DNA of 64,000 bases from Octopus sinensis (taxonomy: Eukaryota): assembly GCF_006345805.1 (NCBI RefSeq), contig NC_043016.1, positions 31,000,001 to 31,064,000 of the forward strand, written 5' to 3'. The stretch's first letter is position 1. Every line of letters starts with the position of its first letter. Shown here one piece after another: positions 1 to 13,884 of the stretch. The notes under the pieces were generated by a model that was not told the DNA's origin, ran no database searches, and saw only the letters and a list, made by a program, of their open reading frames with translations. A program made the position numbers and the translations under genes.

Positions 1-652
1 TGTGGAACAAACAGAGAAACTGTCAGCCATCTTGTAAGTGAATGTTCAAAAGGAAACACTGAGATAGTACAAAAGATGACATGAATAATTTTGCGAGATA
101 TATTCATTGAATGATATCTGAGAAATGTAGGTTTGTCAGAGCAGTTAAATGGTATGAGCAGAAGCCAGAAGGGGTGTTAGAGAATGACAAATTAAAGCTT
201 TTGTGGGACTTCACCATTCAGTGTGATAGAATGACTGGGGCAAGAAGACCAAACATTGTAGCTGTCAACAAGAAAGAAAAAAAGACCCAAGTTCTCCACA
301 TATGTATCCCAGGAGAAAGTAGAGTGAAATATAAAGAGTGTGACAAGAAGGAGAGAGGTTGGGAAAGTTGTGGGGGATAGTAGGTTTTTGTGATTCCTGT
401 ACTGACTGGAGCATTGGGATTTGTATCAGTTTTAAGGAATGTGTAAATAAAATTGGAATTGATGCAAGGTCAGAGGTCATATAGAGGACAGCAGTTTTTG
501 GTACATCAAGGATTTTAAGGAAAGTCTTGTCTGTGTAAGGCACAGGAGAGAAGCAGTAAGAGGCCATTGTCAGCTTGTTGACTGCTCCCTGTGAACCATT
601 TAACAGCTAAAGCTGAAATGAATCATAATAATAATAACAACAATGATAACAA
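1..652 (+). mobile_element. Decayed 3' end of an R4/Dong-like non-LTR retrotransposon (zinc knuckle + restriction-like endonuclease)
   Basis: ETVSHLVSEC, KWYEQKPEGVLENDKLKLLWDFTIQCDR..ARRPNIV motifs with frameshifts; (TAA/CAA)n tail near 626-652. Confidence 0.8.
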
Positions 653-770
653 TAGATCCATGTAAAAAATAAATAATAATTGAGTCATTCTCATAACAAT
701 TATATCATTTTGTGTATATTTATACATATATGTGTAAGTTTATATGTGCTTATATATTAATTTTTATATT

Positions 771-1118
771 CTTTTATTCTTTTACTTGTTTCAGTCATTT
801 GACTGCAACCATGCTGGAGCACCGCCTTTAGTCAAATAAATCAACCCCAGGACTTATTCTTTATAAGCCTCGTACTTATTCTATTGGTCTCTTTTGCCAA
901 ACTGCTAAGTTACAGGGGACATAAACATGCTGACATCAGTTGTCAAGCGATGATGGAGGGAAAACACAGACACACACAAATATATATATGATGGGCTTTT
1001 TTCAGTTTCCATTTACCAAATCCACTCACAAGGCTTTCGTCTGCCCAAAGCTAAAGTAGAAGACACTTGCCCAAGATGCCATGTAGTGGGACTGAACCCA
1101 GAACCACACAGCCACACC
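771..1118 (-). mobile_element. tRNA-derived SINE family A copy
   Basis: Matches the ~390-bp repeat present >15 times in the window (head ggagtggctgtgtggtaag...ggttcagtccc, tail gactgaaacaagtaaaag). Confidence 0.85.
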
Positions 1119-1824
1119 TACTTTTATATACTTTTATATATATCATGTACTATTCCGTGATAGAAAAGCCAACAAAAAAAAGTACTCCGTCTAGTGAGGG
1201 ATAAATATTATCTATTTAAAGAACATTATCTATTTAAAGTCTTTAAGTGCTACTAATAGTTTTATATATATTGAAAAATATCTCAAGCATTTTCATCAGG
1301 CACAAACCAGATTTATTTTTATATATACTTAAATATACTTACGTATTTATATATGTAAGTATATGAAGAGACATACTTATATATATGTATATATGAAGAG
1401 AGAGGTGGGAGCAGAGAGATTTTTTTATAATTATAACAGGAGAATAATGTAAGCAGGTCTTTCTATTTCATTGATATACAACTGTTTCATTGAGTATTAC
1501 TATTTTATGCAATAATATGTGCAACCATTGATATATATTAGGTGTTATAGATGCAAAAGAAGACTGATTCTTCAGAATCATGCATAGAAGTTATGTGCTG
1601 TGGACATTTGAATAAATAATAATCTATACTTCTATCAAGTTGAGCATGTTTGAATATGGTTACATTTATATATATTACAAGCCAAACTCAACAAAACAAA
1701 CTCTGGTTTGAGTAGACCATTGAAGAAGAATGAATCAGAAAATGAAAAGAAATAATAAAAGCATGAAAGAAATGTTTGTTTTTTAGACAGTCTATAGTCT
1801 TGTCAACAGTTTCTGTTCCCAAAG

Positions 1825-2045
1825 TGGTTTAGCTGGCAGAAACGTTAGCACACCGGACGAAATGCGTAGCCGTATTTCGTCTGTTGATACGTTCTGAGTT
1901 CAAATTCCGCCGAGGTCGACTTTGCCTTTCATCCTTTCAGGGTCGATAAATAAAGTACCAGTTTCCCACTGGGGTCGATGTAATCGACTTATTCCCTTTG
2001 TTTGTCCCCTCTATGTTTAGCCCCTTGTGGGCAGTAAAGAAATAC
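1825..2045 (+). mobile_element. SINE family C copy
   Basis: gctggcagaaacgttagc...gagttcaaattccgccgaggtcgactttgcctttcatcc; related copies near 14465, 29095, 53718, 56212. Confidence 0.8.
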
Positions 2046-2829
2046 ACTTTATAGAAGTCAGCCATAATTGGTACCATAAAGGGTTAAACAATATTTACCA
2101 AAGAATCCAGTGGTTGCATGTTATGTACCCCACACATGCAGAGCCAGACAGTTGAAGAAGATATTTCATTTGATATTTAGTGGTATGTCCTACTTATCAA
2201 GAAAGAAAAGATTAATTAAAAATTAAGCCTCAGCAGACACTGACCTAAATTATATTAATTGTGCTTATATGCTCAGAGGTGAAAAAGTTTAAAAGGAAAA
2301 AAAAAATCTTCTTTCCTACATTCATTCCTATTGACTTAGTCAAATTTTCAAATACATAGAATGCTCTGTTATAAATGAATAGTTTTAAATATCCTGTAAA
2401 CTAGCAGACACTTTAATGTAAATATCAAAATGTAAAACAACTCAGCTGAGGTCCACATGGCAGTTGGGGAAGCCATATAAGAGTTTGTTGTTAAAATTTA
2501 TCTGCAATAAATTGTTTATACAATACACAAAATATTTTAATTAGTATTTTTATACGATTCCTAATAATATTTCATTATAAAAATATAATAAGCTTTTTTT
2601 AACTTCAAGTGGCTTGGAGGGTTCATTCGAGTAAAATAAGAATCAAAGTAGTCCATAAGTTTTGAAAAAATGGTTTAGAAACATTGATTTAAAAGATAGT
2701 GTTTTTCACGAAAATTCCTTCCTAACTGATGATGTATGTACCCCGAACATTGTTATGGAGGCTTGTTTAGAAATCTTTGAAAAATAGGTTTTAGACAGTT
2801 ATGTTAATGATTATAAATTCTCTAATAAA

Positions 2830-3223
2830 TATTTTGTTTTGTTTTTCTTGAAAGTTTTTCTGAAGCTGTGGTGACATGTCGTAAGTTCAGGCTATCTAGT
2901 CATCAGGTTTTCTTTATATATGACACCCAGTAAAGCTTACATAACTTATAATGTCTGTCATATGGATTTGCAGTTCCTCCTACAGACTAGTTAAATGTTG
3001 TATAGAATCTTCCTTTCTGTCAAATGATAGATAAGGTTAGCCAAGAAAGTATCATGTCTCTTGTTTATATCATGAAATGACACAGCTTGATTACACCAAT
3101 GATTTTCAAAACAATCAGCTGTTGCACCAGTATATCCATATTTGCCTTCCTCAGTCTGAACAGTGCATTTATATATAATGTTTTATGGAGACCCTTATTA
3201 CCCAAAGGTTGGTTACTTCTATA

Positions 3224-3225
<2 letters not shown>
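2830..3225 (-). mobile_element. Decayed Penelope-like GIY-YIG endonuclease remnant
   Basis: Minus-strand fragments resembling PL.NK.L (CPL..KCL), IIG (YIG), FLANLIYHL and a C-terminal CH motif, with stops and frameshifts. Confidence 0.5.
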
Positions 3226-3275
<50 letters not shown>

Positions 3276-3412
3276 GGAGTAAGCACATAAATGTGAAACA
3301 AGGTGGAAAAAAGAGTACTCAAATACCAGAGGTAGAGTAATATGCTTTGAACGGGAATGTGAAACTCTGAGTAACAGCTTTTGTTATATTTCTACTGCTT
3401 TTAAATAAAGTA

Positions 3413-4643
3413 TGCACACACATGACAGAAGTAATAGACACCCTTATAATCATTAAAATTTATTTAAATCTGAAATTATACATTCAGATTATTTATTCAT
3501 TGTTAAAATGTGAATATTTGATATTTAGTAGCCATGCCTCTTGCATTTTTCAATGCAAGGACCCTATTAGGCATGTTAATGATCAGATGATGAATATTCT
3601 CTTGAAGAATTTTTTGCCAAGTTTCATGCAGTAATCTCAAAAGATCTGGCTTTGAAGATGCTTTCTTGTTCTTTTTATGAAAATTCCTGTCCATTGAGGT
3701 GTTCAATAGGGTTCATATCTAGTGACTGGCTTGGCCATGGAATCTTTTTAATATCATTTTCATCCAACAAATCTTGGGTTATTTTAGCTGTGTGACAAGG
3801 AGTCCCATCTTCCTTAAATAAAGAGTCTTCTTTAATCATTTCTCCACTGGAGAAGGTTGAAAGGAGTCCCTTCTGCTATATAGACATATATTTATCTGAG
3901 TTTATGTTTCCCTCACATTCCACCAGCTCTGATTGACTATTGCTCCAAATTACTCCCCAGACCATTACAGAATAGCTACAATGTTTCATTGTTGGCTGCA
4001 ATGTTTTCACATCAAATTCTTGATCACAAAGTCTCCAAACCCATATTCAACCTCTATCAGAAAATACAGCAAATCTGGACTCATTGGAGAATATGACTGT
4101 CCCAAAATGCTTGTGGCCTCTCCACCATCTCACTGGCCCAATCTTTTCTCTGCTTGATGTTGGCTGGTTGAAGAAGTGGCTTCCTTCTTCTTGATCTGCC
4201 ATAGTAACCAAATTTGTGGAGATACCTGACAGCTGTTCTGGGACTAACATCAACTTGTTCTGCTATGTCAGAGGCCTTGCAATGAGAATTATACTCCACA
4301 CTTCTCTTAACCAAGAGAAGGGTCCTGTCAGAGGCCCTTGGTTGATCTGGGCGAGGTGATGTGGACTCCTCCTCTCAGGTGAATTCTGTAATGATTCTAT
4401 TAACTTTAGAAAGCAGATCCCTAGGTTTTCTGCAATTTTACACTATGCCCACCTTCAGAATGACCCAATATACAGCCTCTTTGAAATTCAGACAGTTTCA
4501 AGGCTTCTTTTGTACTTGGCATGATTAACCAGTCACATATAGAATCTGAAACATAAAAATGTCTATTAATAAAGAATATAAACCTTTACAAGTTAGAATA
4601 AACATAAAACGATGTTTTATGGGGAGTCTATTTACTTCCATCA

Positions 4644-4652
<9 letters not shown>
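3413..4652 (-). mobile_element. Full-length but decayed Tc1-family DNA transposon
   Basis: TIRs cacacacatgacagaagtaatagacaccc / ggggagtctatttacttccatcatgtgtgt. Transposase fragments RRRKPLL, VIFSNESRF, WPSQSLDMNPIE, NMPNRVLALKNARGMATKY. Confidence 0.9.
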
Positions 4653-4674
<22 letters not shown>

Positions 4675-4691
4675 ATATATATATATACTCT

Positions 4692-5080
4692 CTTTACTCT
4701 TTTACATGTTTCAGTCATTTGACTGGCCATGCTGGAGCAACGCCTTTCGTTGAGCAAATCGACCCCAGGACTTATTCTTTGTAAGCCTAGTACTTATTCT
4801 ATCGGTCTCTTTTGCCGAACCGCTAAGTTGCGGGAACGTGAACGCACCAGCATCGGTTGTCAAGCGATGTTGGGTGGGGACAAACACAAACATACACACA
4901 CTCTCATACATATATACGATGGGCTTCTTTCAGTTTCTGTCTACCAAATCGACTCACAAAGCTTTGGTCGGCCTGAGGCTATAGTAGAAGACACTTGCCC
5001 AAGGTGCCAACGTAGTTGGACTGAACCCAGAACCATGTGGTTGGTAAGCAAGCTACTTACCACACAGCCACTCCTACGCC
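4692..5080 (-). mobile_element. SINE family A copy (near full length)
   Basis: Complete head to tail; A/B-box-like head at ~5020-5080. Confidence 0.9.
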
Positions 5081-5301
5081 TGATGATATATATATATATA
5101 TATATATATATATCATCAGTAAATTATAAATCCAAAAGAGGAGCACACTCTAAGAACAGTAGAGTAATTAGGTAAAGATAGTTATGGCCAGTTTATGGGG
5201 TTACCCTGGGTTACACATCCATAAAGCACATCTCTCCCGCTTCCCAGCTCTGGTCAAACCATCTAACCCATGCCAGCATGGACAGTGGACGTTAAATGAT
5301 G

Positions 5302-5336
<35 letters not shown>

Positions 5337-5911
5337 TACACACATATGCATACATGCTCACACACACATACTTACATATTTATACATCATCATCATCATT
5401 TCGCATGTTTTCCATGGTGGCATGGCTGGACAGTTTAACTAGAGCTGGCAAGGTTGGGAACAATACCAGGCTCCATTGTTTTGGCATGGTTTCTACACCT
5501 GGTTGCCCTTCCTAACACCAACCACTTCACAGAGTGTAGTGGTTATTTTTTACATGGCACCAGCACCGGTGCTTTTCATGTGACCCTATCAGCAACAGCA
5601 TCACGAAGTATCTTGCAAGACAAAAAAGGAAAAAAAAAGTGATGATAAATGACAAAATTCCTTCAACTGGGCAGGGCAGTATTGAGTGGGGTGGTTTTGA
5701 GTCACTTGAGGGATTAAAATATAGAGGGAGAGAGATAGGTGTCTTGCTGTAGATACATGGGTACCTCAGTTGAAAAGGAATGGAGTGTGAATTACAGACT
5801 AAGATAAGGAGAGATATAGTGAGATGATGACAAAGATGAGTTGGGACATGCCCTTGAAGGGCTTTGGAGGTGGTGAGAATAGGTACATCACTCTCTCTCT
5901 CACTCTCAGTC

Positions 5912-5919
5912 TATATATG

Positions 5920-5982
<63 letters not shown>

Positions 5983-6015
5983 TTACATATATATGTACAT
6001 ATGTATATATATATA

Positions 6016-6105
<90 letters not shown>
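5912..6105. repeat. Compound (TA)n/(CA)n/(GA)n microsatellite
   Basis: Directly visible. Confidence 0.95.
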
Positions 6106-6107
<2 letters not shown>

Positions 6108-6169
6108 TATGTAAGTATACTTTTACTGGTTTTAGACAAAGTCTGTAGCCATGCTGAAGCACTGCCCTT

Positions 6170-6615
6170 AATGTGTTTGGTTTTCTCTCCAGAATTGCTT
6201 CCGGTGAAGTAGCTAGCTGGTCAGAGCTGCTCCTGGTATTTCTTACTGTGATGTGGGCTCATCGGATGAAAATTAGGCCAGTTGTTCTTTGATAACATCT
6301 ACTCTTACACCTTGCAAATTTCTGAGGTTCTTCAGGAGGCTCTCGAAAAGTTGAGGGTCCTTGAAACCTAAGCTGTTACAGTATTGTGTCCTTACTCGAG
6401 ATGGAGGAGATGGGATATTTGGTACAATGCAGTGGCTTTCAGTTCAGTGTTTGATGCAATAACTTTCAATCCCAGAGTTGGGAGCTAGACCTTCCAAGAT
6501 CTTCCATATATCACTGTGTATCTTTGTCTTCCCTTTAGAGAGTAGGACTTCAGTTCTTTTAGCCTCTCCCATCTGTTGCACTCAGTCAATTTTCTTCATG
6601 TAGTGGTTTTGAATT
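6170..6615 (-). mobile_element. Decayed CR1/L2-like LINE 3' fragment
   Basis: Minus-strand remnants resembling RR.RY.VIY and GP.LF C-terminal LINE motifs. Confidence 0.45.
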
Positions 6616-7639
6616 GGGGAGAGAGAGAGAGAGAGAATAAGAGATGAGAATAGAGAGCATAGGAGAGAGGAAAAGTTTGTTTGGAAAATGAAATGAGGAG
6701 AGGAAGAAAGAGAGTGAGGAAACAGATGTTAGACAGTAATAGCAATATCTATTTGTGTATCTATATGGTGGGAAAATATATAGTCACAACATATTGATTC
6801 AGCAATTTGTCATAAAATCGTAAACAATATAAACAAAAGTTTATCTTTTTGATTTTTTTATGTGTGTGTACTTAAATGAGGGAGAGGGAGTGTAAGTGAC
6901 TACATTCGGAATATTTTAGATCTTATTTTTATTTTTTTATTTATTTATTGTAATTCTACTTATATAAATTTGCCCATTAGTGAATGTGTGTGTGTATGTA
7001 TGTATGAGTATGTACATATAACATATTTTATTGTTTTATTTTATTTTACTTATTTCATGGAATGTAATTTTGCTTAATCTAAGTTCATGCAACAGTCAAC
7101 AGCATATTTTTCTTAATAGATACTGATTTTCTTTTATATAGTTCTAGTATATTTATCCTGTCTTCTATTAATTAGGTTGTACTTAACAAGATCATAGATT
7201 AATTTAGAACTCCATCTTAACTTGATACATACAACTACTAACTATCATTAAACTAGGAAGATCTATAAACCTCCCTCCCCATGCCTATGGCACAAACACT
7301 GTTCAGTAATTAGGAGTCAGTGGTCTTGAGTTTATTGCTGTAAGCTCCTCCCACATTATCTAGATCATGCTAAATTTAGTGGAAGCATTCTGGCTTCGAT
7401 AAGAATAGCTTGGCACCCAATTGCTCTTTTTCTATAGTATTTTAATCGATCAAATGAAGAATCAATTAAATCTGCATACTGCAATGTGCAATGCTTGGGT
7501 TGTGTCAAGCTATTTGAAATGCATGTAAGCTAAATAAATTGTTGATAATGTACATCTTCATTCTTTGTTTTTTTTTTTTAGGGGGGGGGGGTCTGAGATA
7601 CTCTGTGATAAACACACCAAATTTAATTGATATTTGGCC

Positions 7640-8270
7640 TTCAGTGAATTCAATCATGGGATGATATGTCACAAACTGCATGACCTTGGTATTGTTGGTA
7701 AACTAGGAGAATGGCTGCATAACTTCTTACAAGTAAAAGTCAAACAGTTGCAGCCAATGTTGCTTTCTTTGGAAAGACATCAATAAGTCCCTCATGGAAC
7801 TGTATCAGGACCACTGCTGTTTGTGGTGCCTTTCTCAGAAATGTCTTCAGCCATACAGTCAGCCATTCTCACCAGTTATACTGATGATATAAAAATATTA
7901 CAAGTGGTCAAGCACTCTGATGACCTCCTAAAACCACAGAAAGACCTAAATGCAATATACAATAGCATGCAGTTCAATGCTGAGAAGTTTCAAGCGCTCT
8001 GCTATGAACCCACAAACAGACTACAATTAGAATACACAGGTCCAGGGGATAGTGCATTCCCAGAGTTGATGTGTGACCTGGGAATCCACATTAATGATGC
8101 AACATTACATGTGCATGTTACCAATATAGCAACACAGCTGAATGGATTCTTAGATCATTCAGAAACAGGGAAAAGGATACCTTGCTACTCCTGTGGAGAA
8201 CAGTTGTTCTCAGTTGCCTGTATTAATGCTCCCAACTGTAGTCCTTGCAGAGTGTCAAACTAATAGTGGA
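7640..8270 (+). mobile_element. Decayed CR1/L2-like reverse transcriptase fragment
   Basis: HGMICHKLHDLGIVGKLGEWLHNFL, GTVSGPLLF, YTDDIKI, MQFNAEKFQ motifs. Confidence 0.8.
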
Positions 8271-8651
8271 ATTTAGAAAAGCTCTTAGTGATGCTAAGCT
8301 TCATATTAAAATTGTAGAGAAACCAGGTAAGTCTATGTGGTTATAGATAAACAAAACATACCCCTTTGACAGGAGCACGTACCCAGATTGGAGTTGTTGT
8401 ATGTACATTTAACCATAGGATAAACTAGAAAACCAGATGTAGTCTACCATTTAAAATGAATGTGAGAATGTGGCCGCAGCATACATTAGTGATCAAATTA
8501 TCCCCTACCCTGAAATTGCTGGCCTTGTGACAAAATTTGAAACCATTATTAAACACAAAACACACAACCAAGATGTGCGTGAGATTATTTGCTCATTTAT
8601 TTAATGTGTATTCATAAAATTGAAGCTGAACAAGCATTAAAGTCTTTATAT

Positions 8652-9042
8652 CTTTTATCTTTTATTTGTTTCTGTTATTGGATTGTAGCCATGCTGGGGC
8701 ACCACTTTGAATGGTTTAATCAACAACAATCAACCCCAGTACTTTTTCTCAAGCCTGATACTTATTCTATTGGCCTCTTTTGCTGAACCACTAAGTTACA
8801 GAGGACTAAACAAACCAACATTGGTTGTCAAGTGGTGGTGAGGGACAAACACACACACAAAGACGCACACATAGATATATAAATATATATGTGATGGACT
8901 TCTTTCAATTTCCATCTACCAAATCCACAGAGTTTTGGTTGACTCAGAGCTATAATAGAAAACACTTGCCCAAGGTGCCATGCAGTAGGAGTTAACTCAC
9001 AACCATGTGGCCAAGAAGCAAACTTCTTACCACAACAGCCTA
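8652..9042 (-). mobile_element. SINE family A copy (diverged)
   Basis: Similar to family A along its length. Confidence 0.8.
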
Positions 9043-9207
9043 TGTATATACATATATATAACTCTGGCATGAGTTATTAGTGCGAAAAAATGTGCTTCAG
9101 AATTACTCAAGATTTAATACAAATGATTTTGGGTTTTGGTTTGAATGTTAACACACCATCAGTTCTGATTGACCACTTATTCGTTCTGGCATCTGCAACA
9201 ACATATA

Positions 9208-9590
9208 GGCGTAGGAGTGGTTGTATGATAAGTAGCTTGCTTACAAACCACATGGTTCCGGGTTCAATCCCACTGCATGACACCTTGGGCAAGTGTCTTC
9301 TACTATAGCTTTGGGCCAACCAAAGCCTTGTGAGTGGATTTGGTAGATGGAAACTGAAAGAAGCCTGTTGTATATATGTATATATATATGTGTGTCTGTG
9401 TTTGTCCCTCCAACATCGCTTGACAATCGATGCTGGTGTGTTTACATTGCTGTAACTTAGCGGTTTGGCAAAAGAGACCGATTGAATAAGTACGAGGCTT
9501 ACAAAGAATAAGTCCTGGGGTCGATTTGCTTGACTAAAGGCGGTGCTCCAGCATGGCCACAGTCATATGACTGAAACATGTAAAAGAGTA
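9208..9590 (+). mobile_element. SINE family A copy
   Basis: Full head-to-tail match. Confidence 0.9.
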
Positions 9591-11560
9591 ACTGGTGATA
9601 TGATTAGAATTAATTTAAATGATATTCATACAGCAAGAAAGAATTACTTGAAGCTAAAGCTAGTGGAAAGTTAAGGAGAGCCCTGAGGTCTAAGAATAGA
9701 GACATAAGTTGATGAAGAATTTGTAGCTGGCAACCAAATTTTTTGGGTAGCAAAGGTCAATTTATACTCATTAGGTATGGAAGAGCATTTTCCAGACAGG
9801 CAGCGCTGGCATCAGCCACGTTCAGACGGTGTGTTTTACGTGTCACCGACATGGGTATCTTAACTACAAAATCAAATGGAAATTGTAAAGATACCTGTGC
9901 CGGTGACACATAAAAAGCACCGTCTGAACATGACTGATGCCAGCGCCTCTTGGCTGGCGTCCATGTCGATGACATGTAAAAAGCACCAACCGATCATGGC
10001 CGTTTGCCAGCCTCCTCTGGCCCCTATGCCAGTGGCATGTAAAAAGCATCCACTACGCTCACGGAGTGGTTGACATTAGGAAGGGCATCCAGCTGTAGAA
10101 ACACTGCCAAATCAGACTGGAACCTGACACAGCCTCCAGGCTTCCCAGACCTCGATCGAACTGTCCAACCCATGCTAGCATGGAAAATGGACGTTGAACG
10201 ATGATGATGATGATCCATATCAAATGATAAAGATGAAAAAGGAAGTTGTGATTAAAAGCAAGAATGTTGAAGATTTGATAGAAATGAATGAATAAGTATG
10301 TATATTTAATGAGCAAACTAAGGCACTGGATCGGAAAGATGTTGGTGATAATAAAGACATTGATGAGTCTGCACTGGTTTAAAAAACAGGACTGAAAAAC
10401 CAGGTTGAAATAAAATAGTGGAATATAAATTGAAAGGATGTGAGGAAAAAATATAAGAGCCAAAACTTCAAAAGAAAATATAGTTATTGACTAAGCAGGA
10501 AGGGGAGAATGCAGATCCTGCAGAACAATAGAGAGAGGTAATTCAGAAAATAGTTGAGCAGGAACATGCCATTTTACTTACTGCTGTACTAGATCAAGAA
10601 AAGAAGTAATTGATGCTAAGCGTAATGAAGAATTGGGATATATATGAATGTGTGCCCTGTATGTGTCAGAAAACTGTATTAACTAGATGAGTGGTTCCTG
10701 GAAAACACAAAGATAATAAAATGATAATAAAGAGCCATCTTGTTGCATGTAGTTATGAGGAAGATTCAAGTGATCTAAAAACAGAGTCTTTTACATGTGG
10801 TCAGGAAGCTATAAGATAAGGAGTTTAAAGTAAAAATTCATTAAAGTTGAACATTTAAGAGTTTAGGATTGAATGTTAATCAATACATGATAAAAATTAT
10901 TATTGACTGACTTTATACATATCATCCATACCTCCAAAAGAAATAAAGGAAGAAAAGTTGCTTAGGAAAAATGATGAGTTAAGTGAAAAAGACTGAGGTC
11001 AGATGTTGTAAGTATCTTGAAGATCTAGATGTATCATTTGACATTTGTAGAATGAGTAACACTGGACAACATCCCAAAGTAAGGATGCTGTTTGAAGCTA
11101 AGAAAGTATTGTCAAAGTTGAAATCTAAGGCAAGTTCTATATCTTTTCCAGCTTTGAGAAAATCTCAAAATTTAAATATAATCAGTTACTCTGATACCAC
11201 TTTTGTCAGTTTGGAAGATGGATCTTTGCAGAGTAGTTTTATCATATTTGTTGGAACTCATATGAATAAGATGGCTCCAGTATGTTAATAACAAAACAAC
11301 TGGACTGTGTAAAGTCCACTAACTTCAGAGACTCTTGCACTCGGTGAAGCAAGTGACGCTGGTGTCTTAGTAGCTGCCCAGATTGCCAGAAGTGTTCTGC
11401 AAAACTGACAACCCGTCACTTGTAGAGACCTTTAATTCATCTAATCTTATTTGTGACAAGAATAGAAAGAAATGATGATAAGCAACGAAGTTAAGATCGA
11501 ATAGAATGAGATGATTTCAGACCATCTGACATAAGCAGGTGCTTCCTCTGACAATAAACA
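9590..11560 (+). mobile_element. Decayed Ty1/Copia-like pol remnant (integrase C-term, RT, RNase H), interrupted by a LINE tail
   Basis: NLNDIHTARK..GKLRRALRSK, IKSHLVACSYEE (KARLVARG-like), YSDTTFVSLEDGSLQSSFIIF, ETLALGEASDAG in Copia domain order. Confidence 0.7.
9790..10213 (+). mobile_element. RTE-LINE 3' UTR fragment (family B) with (GAT)n tail
   Basis: Matches the 3' end of the RTE element at 30191-31841. Confidence 0.8.
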
Positions 11561-12290
11561 ACTGATTATTGTGGTTTGAGGCTTTGGAAAAGTTCACTAT
11601 GTCAACATTACCAAATTGATTTAAAACCTAACACCAGCAAGGTGTTAATATTGAGTTGCCTCCCTTGGGATTAGAACTGCTGTGTCTGGGAAATGAATCC
11701 TGTGTTGTATGTTGAAGGACATTAAACTGCTGTAAACATATGAACATTAAACTGCTGTAAACACTTCTTATTCTCTTGTACTGATCGACTTAACAGCAGG
11801 TACGCTTCACAGATTACTTGGAATGTTCAATGGTCATTTTTTCTTTATTTTGAGGATAAGATATGTGAACTTTTACAGATCTTATTTTACATGGTGATCT
11901 GAAAAAAGTAGTCTGTTAGCTAGCATTTTGTGTTGTTGTTCATCCCAAGGTCAGCAATTTCTTACTAAAACCTTATTTTTGTAAGCATTATAACAGTAAG
12001 AGAAGTTGGTACATATCGTACGCAACTGGTATTTTTTTTTTCCAGGGTTTCATCTTCATCATTTGACTGCCATTTTCCATGATAGCATAGCTAGACTGTT
12101 TGTGATAGCCCGAGTTATTTCTTATTAGAAGCCGCCATTCTTATGGACGGCTGCTTGTACTTGTCATTTGACATGGACTCTACAGATGGATGCCCTTCCG
12201 ATGGCTAACCACCTTACTAAGTGCACTAGATGCTTTATCTTGTGACATCATAACCCATTATTAGTGTTTCACATTATACATTAATATATT

Positions 12291-12653
12291 CTTTTACTCT
12301 TTTACTTGTTTCAGTCATTTGACTGTGGTCATGCTGGAGCACCATCTTCAGTCAAGCAAATCGACCCCAGGACTTATTCTTTGTAAGCCTAGTACTTATT
12401 CTATCGGTCTCTTTTGCCAAACCGCTAAGTTACGGGGACGTAAACACATCAGCATTGGTTGTCAAGCGATGTTGGGGGGACAAACACATATATATACATA
12501 TACATACATACGACGGGCTTCTTTCAGCTTCCGTCTACCAAATCCACTCACAAGGCTTTGGTTGGCCTGAGGCTATAGTAGAAGACACTTGCCCAAGTTG
12601 TCACGCAGTGGGACTGAACCCGGAACCATGTGGTTGGTAAGCAAGCTACTTAC
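12291..12653 (-). mobile_element. SINE family A copy
   Basis: High similarity to the copy at 4692-5080. Confidence 0.9.
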
Positions 12654-12860
12654 CTATTCATATATTATGTAAACATAATATATGAATAAATTTGCTGTTT
12701 TCTGTTCTACCTTCAGTTTATAATGTAATAATGCTTAGTAATTCATCATCTTTGTTATTTATATGAAACACTAAAAATGGAATTAAAAGATTTAATCTTG
12801 ACACCTTTACTACTATTCTCCCCCAATGTTTAGGTTTACAATTTCTAATTAATAATTTAC

Positions 12861-13072
12861 CTTTTATCTTTTACTTGTTTCAATCATTAGACTGTGGCCA
12901 CACAGGGGCACCACCTTGAGGAATTTTTAGTTGAATGAATTAACCCCAGTACTGTTTTTTTTTTACCCTGATACTTATTCTGTCAGTTTCCTTTCCTGAA
13001 TCACTAAGTCATGGAGATGTAAACACCAGTACTGTTTGTCAAGTGGTGATGGGTGACAAACACACACAAAGG

Positions 13073-13108
<36 letters not shown>

Positions 13109-13270
13109 ATGGGCTTCTTTCAGTTTCTGTCTACGAAACCCGCTCACAAGGCTTTAGTCAGCCTAAGGCTACAGTGGAAGACACTTGCCCAAGGTGCCAT
13201 ACAGTGGGACTGAACCTAGAACTATGTGGTTGGGAAGCAAACTTCTTGCCATGCACCCACACCTACACCC
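12861..13270 (-). mobile_element. SINE family A copy (older variant)
   Basis: Family A similarity with a variant 3' part. Confidence 0.8.
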
Positions 13271-13515
13271 ATATAATTAACTGTAGGATTTAATGAAAAC
13301 TAGCACTATTTTCACTCGGTGTATACATTTCAAGCTAACAGAATTCTAGTAAAAATAGATATATAATAACTTTTTTTAGCAGCAGAATTTTTTTTGTAAT
13401 ACTTTAATGATCTCTTTGTGATAATCTGATATCTTATTTTTGTTTATTTTAACTTTTATTGATTGTTTTTTTTCTTTTTCTTTTTTTTTCTTTTTGCTCT
13501 GTTTTCTAAAAATAG

Positions 13516-13616
13516 GGCATCAGATTGGAAACTTGATGCTCCTGACTGGACTGGAAGATTGAGAGTTACTTATAAGGGCAAAGAACTTACATTGAAGTTG
13601 GAAGACAAAGTATCAG
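13516..13616 (+). CDS. NECAP: NECAP coding exon (first one visible; PHear domain, (R)[33 protein letters not shown](G))
   Basis: T-rich tract then aatag| acceptor, GT donor at 13617. Translation matches the NECAP N-terminal motif [15 protein letters not shown]. 101 bp, phases 2/1. Confidence 0.95.
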
Positions 13617-13884
13617 GTGTCTGGAATTTTCTACTTTACATTTTTAGAATGAACTTACAAATATAAATTTACAATATATAAATATAAAATTTAAAAGGAA
13701 AAAAAAAAGCATTGTAAAATATATTATCAAACTGGATTACTGATATTTTCTTCAGTAGTCTAGAAAAAAGTTAAAAAAACTATCCTTAGCTTATTTGTAT
13801 CTGTTATATGTTTGAACCCTGTTTATTTTGTTTTATTTGTGTTTCTGTAAGATTTGTGTGTGTGTTCCCATTTTTTATGGGTAA

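Noticed and set aside
4711-5175. Recurrent ORFs such as MLEQRLSLSKSTPGLILCKPST (also at 12319, 43421, 49821)
   Set aside because: Translations of SINE family A, not genes.
1-13515. Search for the NECAP first coding exon (expected ..VYKIPP..GYR)
   Set aside because: No matching sequence found by eye; presumably upstream of the window.
13610-13616. Alternative donor GTATCA 7 nt upstream of the chosen donor
   Set aside because: It would frameshift the conserved KVSGE junction.
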